A DNA stretch of 64,000 nucleotides from the human T2T-CHM13v2.0 reference genome, Homo sapiens. Position numbers and translations under genes: made by a program. The stretch is from NCBI RefSeq assembly GCF_009914755.1, contig NC_060934.1; one strand, written 5' to 3'. Every line of letters starts with the position of its first letter. The stretch's first letter is position 1. The notes under the pieces are model-generated. The model was not told the DNA's origin. It saw nothing but the letters and a program-made list of their open reading frames with translations, and made no database searches. This document shows, piece after piece, positions 13,783-28,570 of this stretch.

Positions 13783-13925
13783 TTTTTGTTTTGTTTTGTT
13801 TTGCTTTTAGAGATGGGGTCTTGCTATGTTGCCCAGGCTGGTCTTGAACTCCTGGCCTCAAGTGATCCTCCTGCCTCGGCCTCCCAAAATGTTGGGATTA
13901 CAGGTGTGAGTTGCTGTGCCCGGCC
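13783..13925 (-). mobile_element. FLAM-type Alu monomer
   Basis: (TTTTG)n tail plus antisense monomer; TSD ATA(T/C)ACATTCTTT. Confidence 0.88.
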
Positions 13926-15146
13926 CTGATACACATTCTTTCTCTAAGCCATAGACAGGTAAGCTACCCAATGTCCTACAACGCCCACACTCTTGGAGGA
14001 GTTGGGATTCAAAATCCCAAAGATCTGATGTCTGAGTTTTGCTTTTACCTTCTATATCATACTTCTCTATCCTTACACATACAGGCAACTAAAGAGCAAA
14101 TGTTATGTTTATTGGATCAAATTCTAGAATTTACCTTAGTCGGAAGTCCCAATTTAGAACCAGGGAGGGGACCTGTGTTCAGAAGTGATTGAGTAGAAAG
14201 GAAGTGGGACATACACTTAGAGCAGAGTGTGGTTCCTTCAGGTGGATGGTTTCAGCACCTTCCAGCCAAAGCTGGGAAGAGTCAAACTAACATCACCCTT
14301 AGAAAAAAAAAAAGACAGAATAGATCTCCAAAGACCTGAACTAGGATTAAAAGTGTTTTGTCAAAACTTGCATTTCAAATCAAGTCAGTGTGCATCATTT
14401 TTGCAATATTCTTTGTGTGTGTGTGAAGAGAGAAAGAGAGATTGAGAGAAGAGTGATGGCTAAACTGGAAAAATGCAAGTTCATTAAAAAAAATTCTATT
14501 AACTGCTTAAAAATCTGCCTGGAGTCCCAGGAGACAATCCTTCACTTTTCTCTTAGAACATGCCCAGTCCATGGTTTATGTAAGCTGGAAGAGCTTTGTC
14601 TCTGGGTTCTGTCTGGATTTGTACATCATTGTATTGACTTCCTTTGTTTTGCATGTCCAAACATACAAACCCCTCAACTCTTGACCTTTTTCTTTCTTTT
14701 CTTTCCTCTTTATGTTTTGAGTAGAGTAGAGATGTAGGAAGCTTTGCCACGCTTTTTGTTTTGTTTGAACCCCAGAGTTAGGAGCTACTCAAACACTGAG
14801 ACTCATAGAAGAACATAAAATTCTAGGATTTTAGCCAGGAGCAAAATTTTGGAAAAGTCCTTCCTTCATCTGCTGAGATTCCACTTCACTGAGCATCCTG
14901 GAAGTGTGGGCTCCTTGTAGGACTGGCTTCAATGTGTAAGCTCTTCAACATCTAGCTTGAGGCCATGCACAAGGTGAGTTCTCTGCACACGTATCACCTG
15001 AACTGTGGTAGTCAAATAGAACACCCAAATAAAAACTACTTGATTCATCTTACACGTTGACCCAACATGAACAATTAATACTTCTGTAGAGCTTTGAAGT
15101 TCGATATCTGCTTGGATGCACAAAACAATTCAATGAGGTAGCTATA

Positions 15147-15524
15147 TGTATTAGTCCATCCTCACACTGCTATCAGGAACCATCTGAGATTGGGTAACTC
15201 ATGAAGAAAAGAGTTTTAATTGACTCAGTTCCAAAGCTTAACCAGAAGCATGGCTGGGAAGCCTCAGGAAACTTACAATCATGGCAGAAGGTGAAGGGGG
15301 AGCAAGCACATCTTACTATGGTGGAGCAGGAGAGAGAGAGTGAGGGGGGAAGAGTCACATGCTTCTAAACAACCAGATCTCGTGAGAACTCACTCATCAT
15401 CATGAGAACAGCAAGGTGGAAATCCACCCCATGATCAAATCACCTCCCACCAGGTCCTTCCCTGAAACTGGTAATTACAATTTGACATGAGATTTGAGTG
15501 GGGACACAGAGCCAAACCATATTG
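15147..15524 (-). mobile_element. THE1D/MSTA-like MaLR solo LTR
   Basis: TGTATTAGTCC..CCTCAGGAAACTTACAATCATGGCAGAAGG..GGGGACACAGAGCCAAACCATAT; perfect 5-bp TSD CTATA (15142-15146 / 15525-15529). Confidence 0.92.
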
Positions 15525-16012
15525 CTATAAATATTCCTTTTTACAGATTATGATTCTGTTTTATTTCCACAGGTTTGGGAAGGGCATATGAGACTTTATA
15601 GCAGTTAAGCTACCCATAAGTTTCTATTACCTATTTAACTAGAATAGTATCAGTGGTTTTGTCAATCCGTTAGTCCAGCACATATTTATTTAATGTTCTT
15701 TATTAATGTGACATAAAGTACTATGGAGGATCAAAAAGTAAAAAATAAACAGTCCCTGCCTCCAAGGAGCTTATGGTATAGTTAGAAAATAAAGGCAACA
15801 CATCTAGTCTTCAAAAGATGATGAATAAAATAAAACATATAAGGCAAGTGACAAATAAATGCTATATATTTAACAAATCTTTTCAGTATTTACTACATTC
15901 CAGGCATTATTCCAAGGGCTAGGAATTCAAGAGTGAACAAAAGAGACAAAAATCCTGCTTGCTTAGCACTGGTGTTCTAGATGGGAAGAAAGACAATAAA
16001 CAAATAAGTTGT

Positions 16013-16340
<328 letters not shown>

Positions 16341-17063
16341 TTATTGAAAAGCACAACTAAAGAAATTAACAAAGCAGGAGAGGATAGTAGCTGCTGAGGT
16401 TTGCAGTGGTTAAAAATTTAATTAGGATTTCTTAGACAAGCCTCATTTAACAGTCATTTGAGTAAAGACCCAAAGGAAGTGAGGAGTGAGTTACACAGCA
16501 GCCAAGCGAAGAGCATTTCAGGCAGAGGAACAGTCAGTGCAGTGGCCACAGAGAGAGCTCTTCAGATGAACTGAAGAGGAAGACAGAGGCCGATGTAGCT
16601 GGGGTGGGTGAGGGAGGGAATAAGAAGAGAAGAAATCAGAGGAACAGCTGGAAACCAGATCCTGTAGGGCCTTGATTATGGCAAGGACTCTGGGCTTTAC
16701 TCTGAGTGACATGGGGAGTCCCTAGATGCCTCTAAGCGGGGAAGTAACATAACATGACTGAGAAAGGGGCAAGGATAGAGCAGGGGAACCATCGGAAAAT
16801 GACTGTCTAATAATCCAGGCCAAAACCACGGTGGCTTGCAGCAGGGTGGGAACATGGAGGCGGTGAGAGGTGGCCAGGCCGGACTTGGAGGGATTAGAAG
16901 CAGGTGGAAGAGAAAGGGAGGAGGCAATGTGCATGACAAGTTTGGGGTCTGAGTAATTGTAAGAGTGGGGCTGCAGAAGGCAAGACTGTCAAAGAAACAG
17001 GTTTCAGGGGATGATGTCCAGAGCTCAGTTCTGAACATGTTAAGTTTGAAAAGCCTATTCAAA

Positions 17064-17342
17064 GGCCAGTCCTGGTGGTTCACACCTATATTCCCAGCAC
17101 TTTGGGAGGCTGAGGCAGGAGAATTGCTTGAGGTGAGGAGTTTGAGACCAGCCTAAGCAACATAGTGAGACTCCCATCTCTACAAAAAAAATACAGATAT
17201 TAGCTGGGTGTGGTAACACGCACCTCTAGTCCCAGCTACTCAGGAGGCTGATGATGGAGGATCACTTGAGCCTGGGCAACAGAGCGAGACCCTGTCAAAA
17301 AAAACAAAACAAAACAAAACAAAAACCACAAGAAACAAAAAA
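17064..17342 (+). mobile_element. AluJ with an internal right-arm deletion
   Basis: TTGAGCCTGGG runs straight into CAACAGAGCGAGACCCTGTC. Confidence 0.88.
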
Positions 17343-17838
17343 TCAGGCTATTCGACCTATGAGTGGGAATATCAACCGGGAAGTTGGATGTGTGAGTCTG
17401 GATTCAGAGGAGAGGTCTGGACTGGAGTTATAAAGTTGTAAGGACCAGAATATAGATTTCATTTAAAGTCATACAACTTAAGTTAAATTCACATGGGGAA
17501 TGGATATAAATAGACAAGAGGAAAAGTCCAAGGACTGAGCCCTGAGGTCCTCCACTATTTAGAGGTTAGGAAAATGGGGTGGGGGACAAAGGAGCTTGAG
17601 AAACAAGGGAGAAGCACACATCAGTGGCTGCTAAGTGAAGAAAACTGGTTCCAGAGGAGAGTGATCAACTGTGCCAAATGCTACTGATAAGTCAAAAAGA
17701 ATGAGGACTGAAGATTGGTGATAGGATTAGCAAAATGGAAGTCATTGGTGACTTTGATAAAGTAATCTCAGTGGAGAGTGATGAGGTGAAGATGGACCTG
17801 AAGTGCTTCAAGAGGAAAATGATAGAGGGAAATCGTAG

Positions 17839-18357
<519 letters not shown>

Positions 18358-18795
18358 TGATGCAGCAACATTCTTGAGCAGTGAGAGGCTGGAATCTACT
18401 GCCCAGGTGGAGGGTTTTCTTTGTTAGGAGGATGGAGGGTTCAGCTCTCGCCACAGCGGAGAAGGTGGATTTGAGAGGAGTTAGGTGCCCATCTCGATAG
18501 ATACACAGGACAAGAGGCTGTGCCAGGGGCAGCATTAGGTCGCATCCAATATTATTCATCATTGATTTTAAATCAATGAGAGAACAGTTCGTTTAACTGT
18601 GTGCCTTTCTCTAGCTGTACTGGAATGCCTGGGTGCAGTGGTGAGAGAGCTGGGTCTCACTAGGGCTGGGATTTTGCCAGGTGAGCCAGAGGTGAGGGAG
18701 TTGAGGCGTATGGAAGGGAGTGATTTTAGTGAGTGTCTATAGAATTAAAATGGGTAAGGAAGGTAATTAGAATGAGAAGGGGATACACGAAATAA

Positions 18796-19150
<355 letters not shown>

Positions 19151-19461
19151 TTTTTTTTTTTTTTTTTTTTTTTTGAGACAGGGCCTCACTTTGTCACCCA
19201 GGCTAGAGTGCAGTGGCATGATCTTGGCTCACTGCAGCCTTGACTTCCTAGCCTCAAGATATTCTTCCACTTCGGTCCCCCAAGCAGCTGGGACAACAGG
19301 TGCAGGTCACCTTGCCTGGCTAAATTTTTGTATTTTTTGTAGAGATGGAGTTTCTCTGTATTGCTCAGGTTGGTCTCCAACTCCTGAGCTCAAGCAAGGA
19401 GCCCATCCACCTAGGCCTCCCTAAGTGCTAGTATTACAGGCATGAGCCACCATGCCCAGCC
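19151..19461 (-). mobile_element. AluJ
   Basis: GAGACAGGGCCTCAC..GCAGCCTTGACTTCC..CTCCTGAGCTCAAGC. Confidence 0.9.
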
Positions 19462-20064
19462 TGAGTTATTAGAAGGGGCAGATTGGAAAGAAAGAGAGTG
19501 GTGGCTAAAGAATTGGGCATTTGCAATGAAAATACTGGTGAAGGGATTTCAGTTATTGGTTATGATGTGATTAAGGGAGTGCCTGTGGTTAAGGGGTGAG
19601 AGCACTAGCTGCCTGGCATAGAGGGTGTCATGGAACTGAGAGTGGATATTGAAATCATGAAGAATTATAATGGGAGTTTGTTGGAGAGAGTGGCTTTTGA
19701 CTAGAAGGGAAACTCTTTAAGGAATTAAGGGATAATTGGGGAGAGGGAGCAGGATTGAGTATTGTTTGCAACAAAGAGGGGTAATTGGTGGTAAGGTTCA
19801 ATGATATAGGATTCGAAGCTTGGATTTTTAGGCAGGAGGGCAGGAGAATAGCCTAGAAACAACATTGAAGAGGGGAGGGAGATGTGGCCCACCGCATCTC
19901 CCAGCCCAGGGCTAGAAAGAAGTGAGTTGGCTGCAGCTTCAGCAAGATGTCCAGGAGAACCAGGTTCCCACTGGAGCAGGAGCTTGGGGATATGAGGGAG
20001 TTTCCAGATAGTTGAGTGTGAATCCCAGAAGGCACAGGGAAAGGGTTTCAAAGGATGGGGAGGG

Positions 20065-20482
<418 letters not shown>

Positions 20483-22120
20483 CTAGGAATAAGGGAGAGC
20501 TTGGCAGTGCTGAACTTCCAACATGACCTGGGGTCAAGGGTGTGGTAAGGATAGCCTTGGTGGTCCCAAGTCAGATAGGGAAGACATGTGGGTGTGGAGG
20601 TCAGGGAGAGTGAAGGGAGAGTTTCCAGGAGCATGGAGCCATCTGAGGCTCCCCTTGATTCCTTCAGATGGGAGACCTGGAATCCTGAAGATAGTCTTGG
20701 CCTTAGGTTGAGAGCTCTCTCTTGGCTCCTGCCAACAGTGGCCTGCCTCGGGATTCTGTTACTCTCATCTTCTGGGCAAATGCTTGCACTTTCATGGTAG
20801 AGGCATCCATAAGCCTGCCATAGGTCAATCATCCCTTCAAATTTGAGCCTGCACCAGGCTCCAAGGTGCAACTGGGTACTGGATGTACTAAGACAAAGAA
20901 GGTTAGCTGGTTCCTGGCCAGTTCCCACCATTAGTATCACAAATGGCTGCAGACGAGTTTTTCTACCTTTTCATGACAAGCATTGTTTAGATGATTGACC
21001 TCTTAATGCAAACTTCCAACCCAGCTCCAATTTTTGAAAGAATTTTATTATCCAATTAAATAGACAACATTTTTTGCTCCATTGAACTCCAGAGCTGAAT
21101 CATCTGACCTGACAGACTGGAGACTGGGTTAGGATGTGAGGAATCACTTTCCTCCCTTACCTCCTCAATGGTATTGCCCCTAAGGCTTGGCTATAGAGAA
21201 CCAAGTTCCCAGGGACAAGAGGACCATTCTTTGTTCAAGGATAACTAAGTGGCTGAATCATCACGTAAGCTCTTAAAATCCATTTTCAGGAAGTAATCAT
21301 TCATTTCCTCATTTTTATTATTCAAAGCAAATAAAATGGAATGTGCAATAATGAGTCCCAACAGCGTTTGGCAAACAGCAAATGACAGTAAGAAATAGTA
21401 AACTAATTCATTTAATAATATGGTGAATGGCTTTAGTTACATCATGTGTCTTCTTCAAAAGCAACACTAAGTTCTTAGAGGCTCTTTGAACTACTGAAGA
21501 GAGCCATCAGACTCCCATTAAGATTTGGGGATTCAAAGACCCCAGCTAGAGGTTCCCTGTGGCATAATTAAAATGTATAAATAAATGCCCCCAGGCTTTC
21601 TCCTATTACCAAAGATTATATCCTCAGATTCTTAGCTGCCCTTAAGGGTTTAGGGAACTTGAGATTTAACAAAGATGGAGAGTTATGCATATTTGGGGAA
21701 TTGGAAGAGAAAGGAACATCATGAGAAAATTAAATAGATAAGGACACGCTTAAGATGATAGGCTACTGCAATAAGAGCTCTGCTAAGGAGATCAACTACT
21801 AAAAGCTAAGACATGAACAAAATTCACCCACTTTCTTCTGTTGCTGAGTAAAGCTTTTTTTGTGTAGGCCTGGAAAAACTAACAAAGCAACCAACAGAAA
21901 AAAAGCTCAATTTCCCGCAGATTGCCACCAAAATCATAGTTTTTGCTTCCTAGCAACCAGCCGTGAATTTGAATATTTAGGAAGTATGATTGGAGTCTCC
22001 AAGATCATCCTGATCAAGTATGGGTGTCTTTGGAATAGCAGTAACCCAAGGAGAATTTCCCAACTTGGATTGGGTATTGGAGTGGGCACTGGATTGGGTA
22101 TTGGAGCAAACTGTTTACTC

Positions 22121-22950
22121 TTTTTTAAAAACCATCTTCATTGATAGTTTTAAAAACAGCGCATGTTTAACATACACAGTTTGATGAGTTTGGACATATG
22201 CATACACTGAGAATACTATTCCAACAATCAAGTTAATAAACATATCCATCACCTCCAAAAGTTCCTGGTGTTTTGTTTTATTTTATTTTATTTTATTTTA
22301 TTTTATTTTATTTTATTTTATTTTGTGGTAGGAATGTTTAATATGAGCACTACTCTCTTTAAAAAAAACTCTTAGCACTGTATTAACTATAGGCTCTGTG
22401 TTGTATAGCAGCTCTATAGAACTCATTCATTTCGTATGACTAAAACTTATATCCATTGAATAACTCCCCACTTTCCCCCAGCCTCTGACAACCACCATTC
22501 TATTCTGTACTTCTATGAGTTTGACTATTTTAGAGACCTCATGCAAGCAGAATCAGGCTTATTTCACTTAGCATATCTTCCAGGTTCATCCGTGTTGTCA
22601 CAAAAGGTAGGAGTTTCTTCTTTTTTGAGACTAGATACTATCCCACTGCATGTACATACCACATGTTCTTTATCCATTCATTTGTTGGTAGACATTTGGG
22701 TTGTTTCCACATCTTGGCTATTGTGAAAAATGCTTCAATAAGCATGGGAGTGCAGATATCTCTTTGAGATGGTGATTTTAATTCCTTTGGATATATACCC
22801 AGAAGTGAGATTGCTGGATCATATGGTAGTTCTATTTTGAATTTTTTGAGGAACCCTCATACCATTTTCTGTAGCAGCTGCATCATTTTACATACCCAGC
22901 AACAGTGAACAAGCATCCTGATTTCTCCATGTCCTCACCAGTACTTCTTA
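22121..22950 (-). mobile_element. L1MB 3' end containing (TTTTA)n at ~22277-22324
   Basis: CAGTTTGATGAGTTTGGACATATG..CATATCCATCACCTCCAAAA..GGATATATACCCAGAAGTGAGATTGCTGGATCATATGGTAG. Confidence 0.87.
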
Positions 22951-23007
22951 CATTTTGGAGAAACATCTATTCTGAATGTACAATACCTTATTTGAAAAAA
23001 GTATTTT

Positions 23008-23296
23008 GCGTGGTGGCTCACACCTGTAATCCCAGCACTTTGGGAGGCTGAGGCAGGAGGATCATGATATCAGATCAAGACCGTCCTGGCCAACATAGTG
23101 AAACCCCATCTCTACTAAAAATACAAAAATTAGCCAGGCATGGTAGTGGGTGCCTTTAGTCCCAGCTACTCAGGAGGCTGAAGCAGGAGAATCACTTGAA
23201 CTCGGAAGGCGGAGTTTGCAGCGAGCCAAGATTGTGCCACTGCACTCTAGCCTGGACGACAGAGCAAGACTCTGGCTCAAAAATAAATAAATAAAT
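23008..23296 (+). mobile_element. AluSc-like, slightly 5' truncated
   Basis: Dimeric Alu with (TAAA)n tail. Confidence 0.9.
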
Positions 23297-25929
23297 ATTA
23301 TTTTCATTGTAAAAATAACATAAAATAATTTTTTACAAAGTTGGCTTGTCCTGAATAAGTGATTCTCCCCCTTAAATACATAATCTCAACAGAGCAAAGG
23401 AATCTGTATGGGAATCTTAGCAGATGAAAGCATGGGATTTTTATCCTTATAGAAAGAGGGTAGTGTTAAAAAAAAAAGAGTTGAATAAAATGGATCTAAG
23501 GCATAACAAAGTTGCCCAACAGAATATTTAAGAATCTGTTTTTTAAAAAATAACAGTAGCTTGTCTTGCTTATTAACAAGGTGAAGTAGGAGCAGACCAG
23601 TTTGTAGTACGCAGAAAATCACAGTATCTATGTCCAAGCATTTTCTTAAGTAAAATAAGTTATTGCATCTGACATACTTTGTCAGTTTGTCAACAGCTTT
23701 GAAGCCACGGAACTCTTCTGAATCATGAGATTTGATCCACAGGCCAGTAGGGAAAAAAATTTTCAAATGAGTAACACATTTCTGCCTTTTCCTTGAATTC
23801 TGTATTTTTTGTTGCAGTACTCACCAGTGATTCAAATGTGTTTAACCTGAAATGAAACTCTTCATTTTTCAAATTGCCTATGCTTGTGTCATAGAAAGTT
23901 CTGGAAAGAACTGTACTAGCTTTTCAGTCCACTCATGTTTAGAACAAAGAGAGCATTCTTTGTTTTATCCCCTTGCCTGTTTATTTGTTTTACTTTACAT
24001 TTGCTTTCAGGAACCAAAAGGGTATGCTTTCAAAAACTGCTTCTGATCAACATTTAAAACATTTTAAATGAAATTCCTGGATTAAATGGAACTCTCTTGA
24101 CACTGATTACTAGTAACTCTATGAACATGCAGTTTTGATGATACTCTTGGTTAATAATAAGTAAGATTTGTTCCAAGGAGAAATAAATCACCATCTAAAA
24201 TATTGGGATGGGGGAAATCTACATTTCTTAAAAAGAGTGGCTAATAGAATTATTATTCTACTCTTCTATTATTTTAGGGGCATTTGGCTCCCCTTATGAT
24301 GTAGGGCTAACCCTCAAGAAAAACAACTCCATGACTAGAGTTTCACAGCAAACAATGACTGCCAACCAGTCTCCTGATGACTTTTGTCTTTCTAAATCTA
24401 ATCCCGTGATAAACCTCTGGCTTCCTACACTTGACGTGCCCCTCTTTTACTAGTCCCAAATCCATCAGGCACATTGTGGTTGGCTCATTGTGAACAAACA
24501 CAACTGACAGTTTCCTTCCTCAAGGTAAACAGTACTGGTACTTAGACACAGTTCAAAGGGTTTATCACCCCAATGTGGCTATTCTTTTTTGGAGGACTAG
24601 CGAGGCTACCTTTAACTTCTAATTAAACTACTTTATTCTCTCTACTGACATTCCTAATTTTTACTAGTAGTAAAATACTATATAATTAGTCAATCAGTGG
24701 CCTGTTTTCACAACGCCCATTTTTTTTCCTGTTTTTGTTTTTCCTCTGCTCACTGCCATAACAATTAATCCCTCATCCTCATTGAATTTTGTTACCAGTT
24801 GTGAAGGCAGCATTGCACAGTTAATGGCAGGGGTAGCACCGCCGATGCCATTTTGGTGTTAGATTTCTCTCTGTTTTAACCCTGGATAAATGACTCCTAA
24901 TCTGGCCAACCTGGTCTTTCTTTGGCCTTTCTTCTGGTCATTTTCATAGTTATCATTATGTTGGTTCACTGGAGGAAAGATGGAGAAATGCAGGGGCCTC
25001 CCCCAGTAGAGCGGAACCTGGAGGTGTGTGATGTCATGCCAAGTCCCTGGAAAGCATGAGCTCCCTGAAAACAATGCCCTGCTGGCCAGCAGGATTCCAC
25101 AACTGCCAAATGAGGACGCCTTCTCAAGCTCCCCAGAAGACAGACCCTTCATATTTCCTATTGTTTCTTCAGGCACTTGCTTCCTTCTGTTTATTCCAGT
25201 TTCATAAACCAATGAGTCATGCAACTTACTTCTGAGTCCAAGCAACTTCCCTCCTCAGGTTCATTTTAGAACAAGCCCCATCAGAGATTGGAGTGGTCGC
25301 TGGGGAAGGAGTTTTGTTTTGGGTTTTCCCTACAAGCTGGGCATGGCGTTATCATTTCGTAGAGGAGAGGGTCTGAAGGAAAGGCCTCCAAGAGCCTTTT
25401 TTGCTTCTTTGATAGCAAACTTCTGAGAACCACTGAAGCGAATCCCCTCCTGGCTTCAGGACACTAAGCTTTAGGTTTGGGGTATCATTAGCTGATTATT
25501 AGTTTACATGCTGGGGGGATTTTCCTAACACAACATTCATTATCAAAAATGGCCCTTCCCATCCTTTAGGTAAGGACTGTAAACAGCCAGGAAGGCAGGG
25601 TGGGGGTGTTGTTTAGGAAGCTTCCCCCAGAGTGTGTGACTCCCCAATGTCCCCATTCCTGAGAGGCAGTGGGGGTTGAACAAAGACCCTGCAGACAAAG
25701 TGACTGGAGGTCCAAGAGGTTGTGCTGCTGGTGCTACAAGAGGGAGAGCCAGCTCACACCTGTTGGCTGGGAGATGACCTCTGGCTGTCCTAGAAGCTCG
25801 TCTACTTCATTGGTTAAGGAGGGATTCTTCCAGGCAGGTGGAAGGAAATGAGAAAATGGACGTTTTATAGGCATTGTAATCTGTAAAAATAGGAGATATA
25901 TTTCACTTTCAGAACGGCATAGTTTTTCA

Positions 25930-26310
<381 letters not shown>

Positions 26311-27567
26311 CTAAAGACCTTGTCTCCTGATGGGATTGAGCTTTGAGCTAGAGTTCAGAAGAGGTGGGAGCAGATAGCTCTGGCCTGGGGGATTCCCATT
26401 TTAAGACCCTTCCTTATCCCCATACCACATCCCACCCCACAACCCCTCCAGCAACATAAAAACCTTATTTGGGCAGAGAGATTCTATAAAGAACTTTCTA
26501 TTCCATATCAGGAAATCTGGGTTTTGGTCCTCTCTCTGTCACCAACTTTGGGGAAACCTTAAACTTCTCTCTGTATGCAGCACTATCTTCCATCTGAGAA
26601 GTAGGAAAAAGTCCATCAGGGAACCTTAGATTGTTACTGGAAAGCAGAGAGTGCCATTTAAGCTGGCCCTGAAGGTGGAGTCAATATTAACCAAGGGAAG
26701 TGGGTAGGATGAGAGATGAGGACAAGAAGAGGGTGCTCCAGACAGACTCCATGGCACAGGCAAAAGCTCTGAACAGATAGAATTTCTGAGCAGTCAAGGG
26801 AGGAAAGGACAGCCATGTGGCCAGAGCTCAGGTGGGCTCTGGGGGTGGGAGACCAGGCAAGAGGGAAGTAGACAAGGGGGACAGAAACCAGAACAGAAGC
26901 TGCTTGAAAAGTATTTTAAAGACTAATCTTAACCCAATAACAATGGGAACTCATTGAAGTGTTTTAGCAGGGAACTGGCTAAATGACAACATAGCACAAC
27001 CCTATTCTCAACTCACTGACATCAAAGAGGTTGACTGAGGCTCAGAGAACTGTGAACTTCATGGACCTAACACAATTTTTTGAATTGAAGAGGTAAACAT
27101 AATATTGCAAATTTTTCATTTTGCCACAAAAGGGCATTAACTAAAACAAAAAAAAAAGTCTATCATCATCAACACCATTATCATCTTTTCATTTTTTTTT
27201 TTAAAAAAGACATTTAAACAAAAATGAAACCAAGGAAAGACAATCTCAGCATAATGTATTATTTAAATTTAATTAGTTTGGCTTTGTGAAGAAAAACTAC
27301 ATTGTTGTTTTATCATTATTTAGTCTTGGCCCTGGGCAAACTTTTTCACAACTTGACATTCATTAGTGTACTGGCATTTGAAAATCATTGGTCAAGGTAG
27401 TCAATGCTCTGGATGATGACAACAACAGCAACAACAAAATACTAGGCAGATGTAGATGTCTTTATGGGAGAAGAGACATGTGCTGAGGTTGGGGTGGTTA
27501 GGGGTGAAGGGAATGAAAGTCCCTGAAAATGCTTGCAAAATAATAGGCTCTCAAGAAATGCCAGTTG

Positions 27568-27684
27568 CAGGAGGATCGCTTGAACCCGAGTTCGAGACTG
27601 CAGTGAGTCGTGATTGTGCCACTGCAATCCTGCTTGGATTGAGACTCTGTCTCAAAATAATAATACTAATAATAAAAATAATAA
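27568..27684 (+). mobile_element. 5'-truncated AluJ right arm / FRAM
   Basis: GGAGGATCGCTTGAACCCGAGTTCGAGACTGCAGTGAG..; TSD CAAGA(A/C)ATGCCAGTTG. Confidence 0.85.
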
Positions 27685-27719
27685 CAAGACATGCCAGTTG
27701 AAGCTTAAGTTGAATTTGG

Positions 27720-27910
27720 TAATAACAGTAATAGCTAATCTTTATATAGTGAACAATTATGCTTCCATTGTTTAATTGATGGCTGCCTAGAGGTAGATAA
27801 GACAGGTATTGTTCCCATTTTACAGATGAAAAAGCTATTTGAGAGGTTACATGACTTTCTCAAGCTTACCAGTAATTATACAAACTGTGAACTCTGATCT
27901 ATTGACTTGA
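27720..27910 (-). mobile_element. MIR
   Basis: AATAGCTAA..CCCATTTTACAGATGAA..GAGAGGTTACATGACTT. Confidence 0.72.
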
Positions 27911-28429
27911 AAGGAAGAAGAAGGAGAAATGTCACAGTGAGAGATGAGTAGGTACAAATGCAAAAGGTAGAGGGATTTAAGCAAGAGATTTAGGCTAGAG
28001 TGGAGTGGAGAGAGAAAGGGAAGTAGAAAGTAAGAGAGTGGTTTGTGTCCTTATTTCCCCACTGCTTTTTCAGGACAGGAATGGCTGAGTTTTAATTGGC
28101 AAAGTAACATCTGTCAGCATTATGAACGGATTCCCAAAACATATACATGGAACAGATTCCTCTGAGATTGAGCCAAATCTGCTGTATTTCAACTATCTGT
28201 TACACATCCTGCCCTCAACTGATGTTCAAAGCAAGACTGACTTTCTTGCTCCACCCAACACACATTCCAACTGCCTCTCTCATGCTCTCTGCATAAGTTG
28301 GTATGTATTTGGAGGATGAAAACTAATTTCAATACAAGTATAACTACATATATGCAGAGTGGCTCATCTACTATCAACACATTATATGATGAATTCCAAA
28401 GTAAGACAAAATTTTTGTTGACATTTGAT

Positions 28430-28570
28430 TGTAGTGTGGCACCATGAAGAGATCACTGATTTTGGAGTCACACAATTCTGAGATTGAATCTTGACTCTGT
28501 CACTATTAGCTGTGTAATCCTGGGTAAGGTACTTAGCTTATCTGAGTCCTTTTAACTCATAATGTTGCTA
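28430..28570 (+). mobile_element. MIR 5' half
   Basis: TTTGGAGTCACAC..TTGAATCTTGACTCTGTCACTATTAGCTGTGT. Confidence 0.7.

Noticed and set aside
20588-20800. 70-aa ORF with a hydrophobic C-terminal stretch, plus an overlapping 154-aa antisense ORF
   Set aside because: Non-ATG start, no recognisable homology, no splice or promoter support; compatible with chance
27060-27395. Possible old hAT/Charlie element; also a possible L1ME fragment near 29.6-29.9 kb
   Set aside because: Too diverged to assign a family by eye
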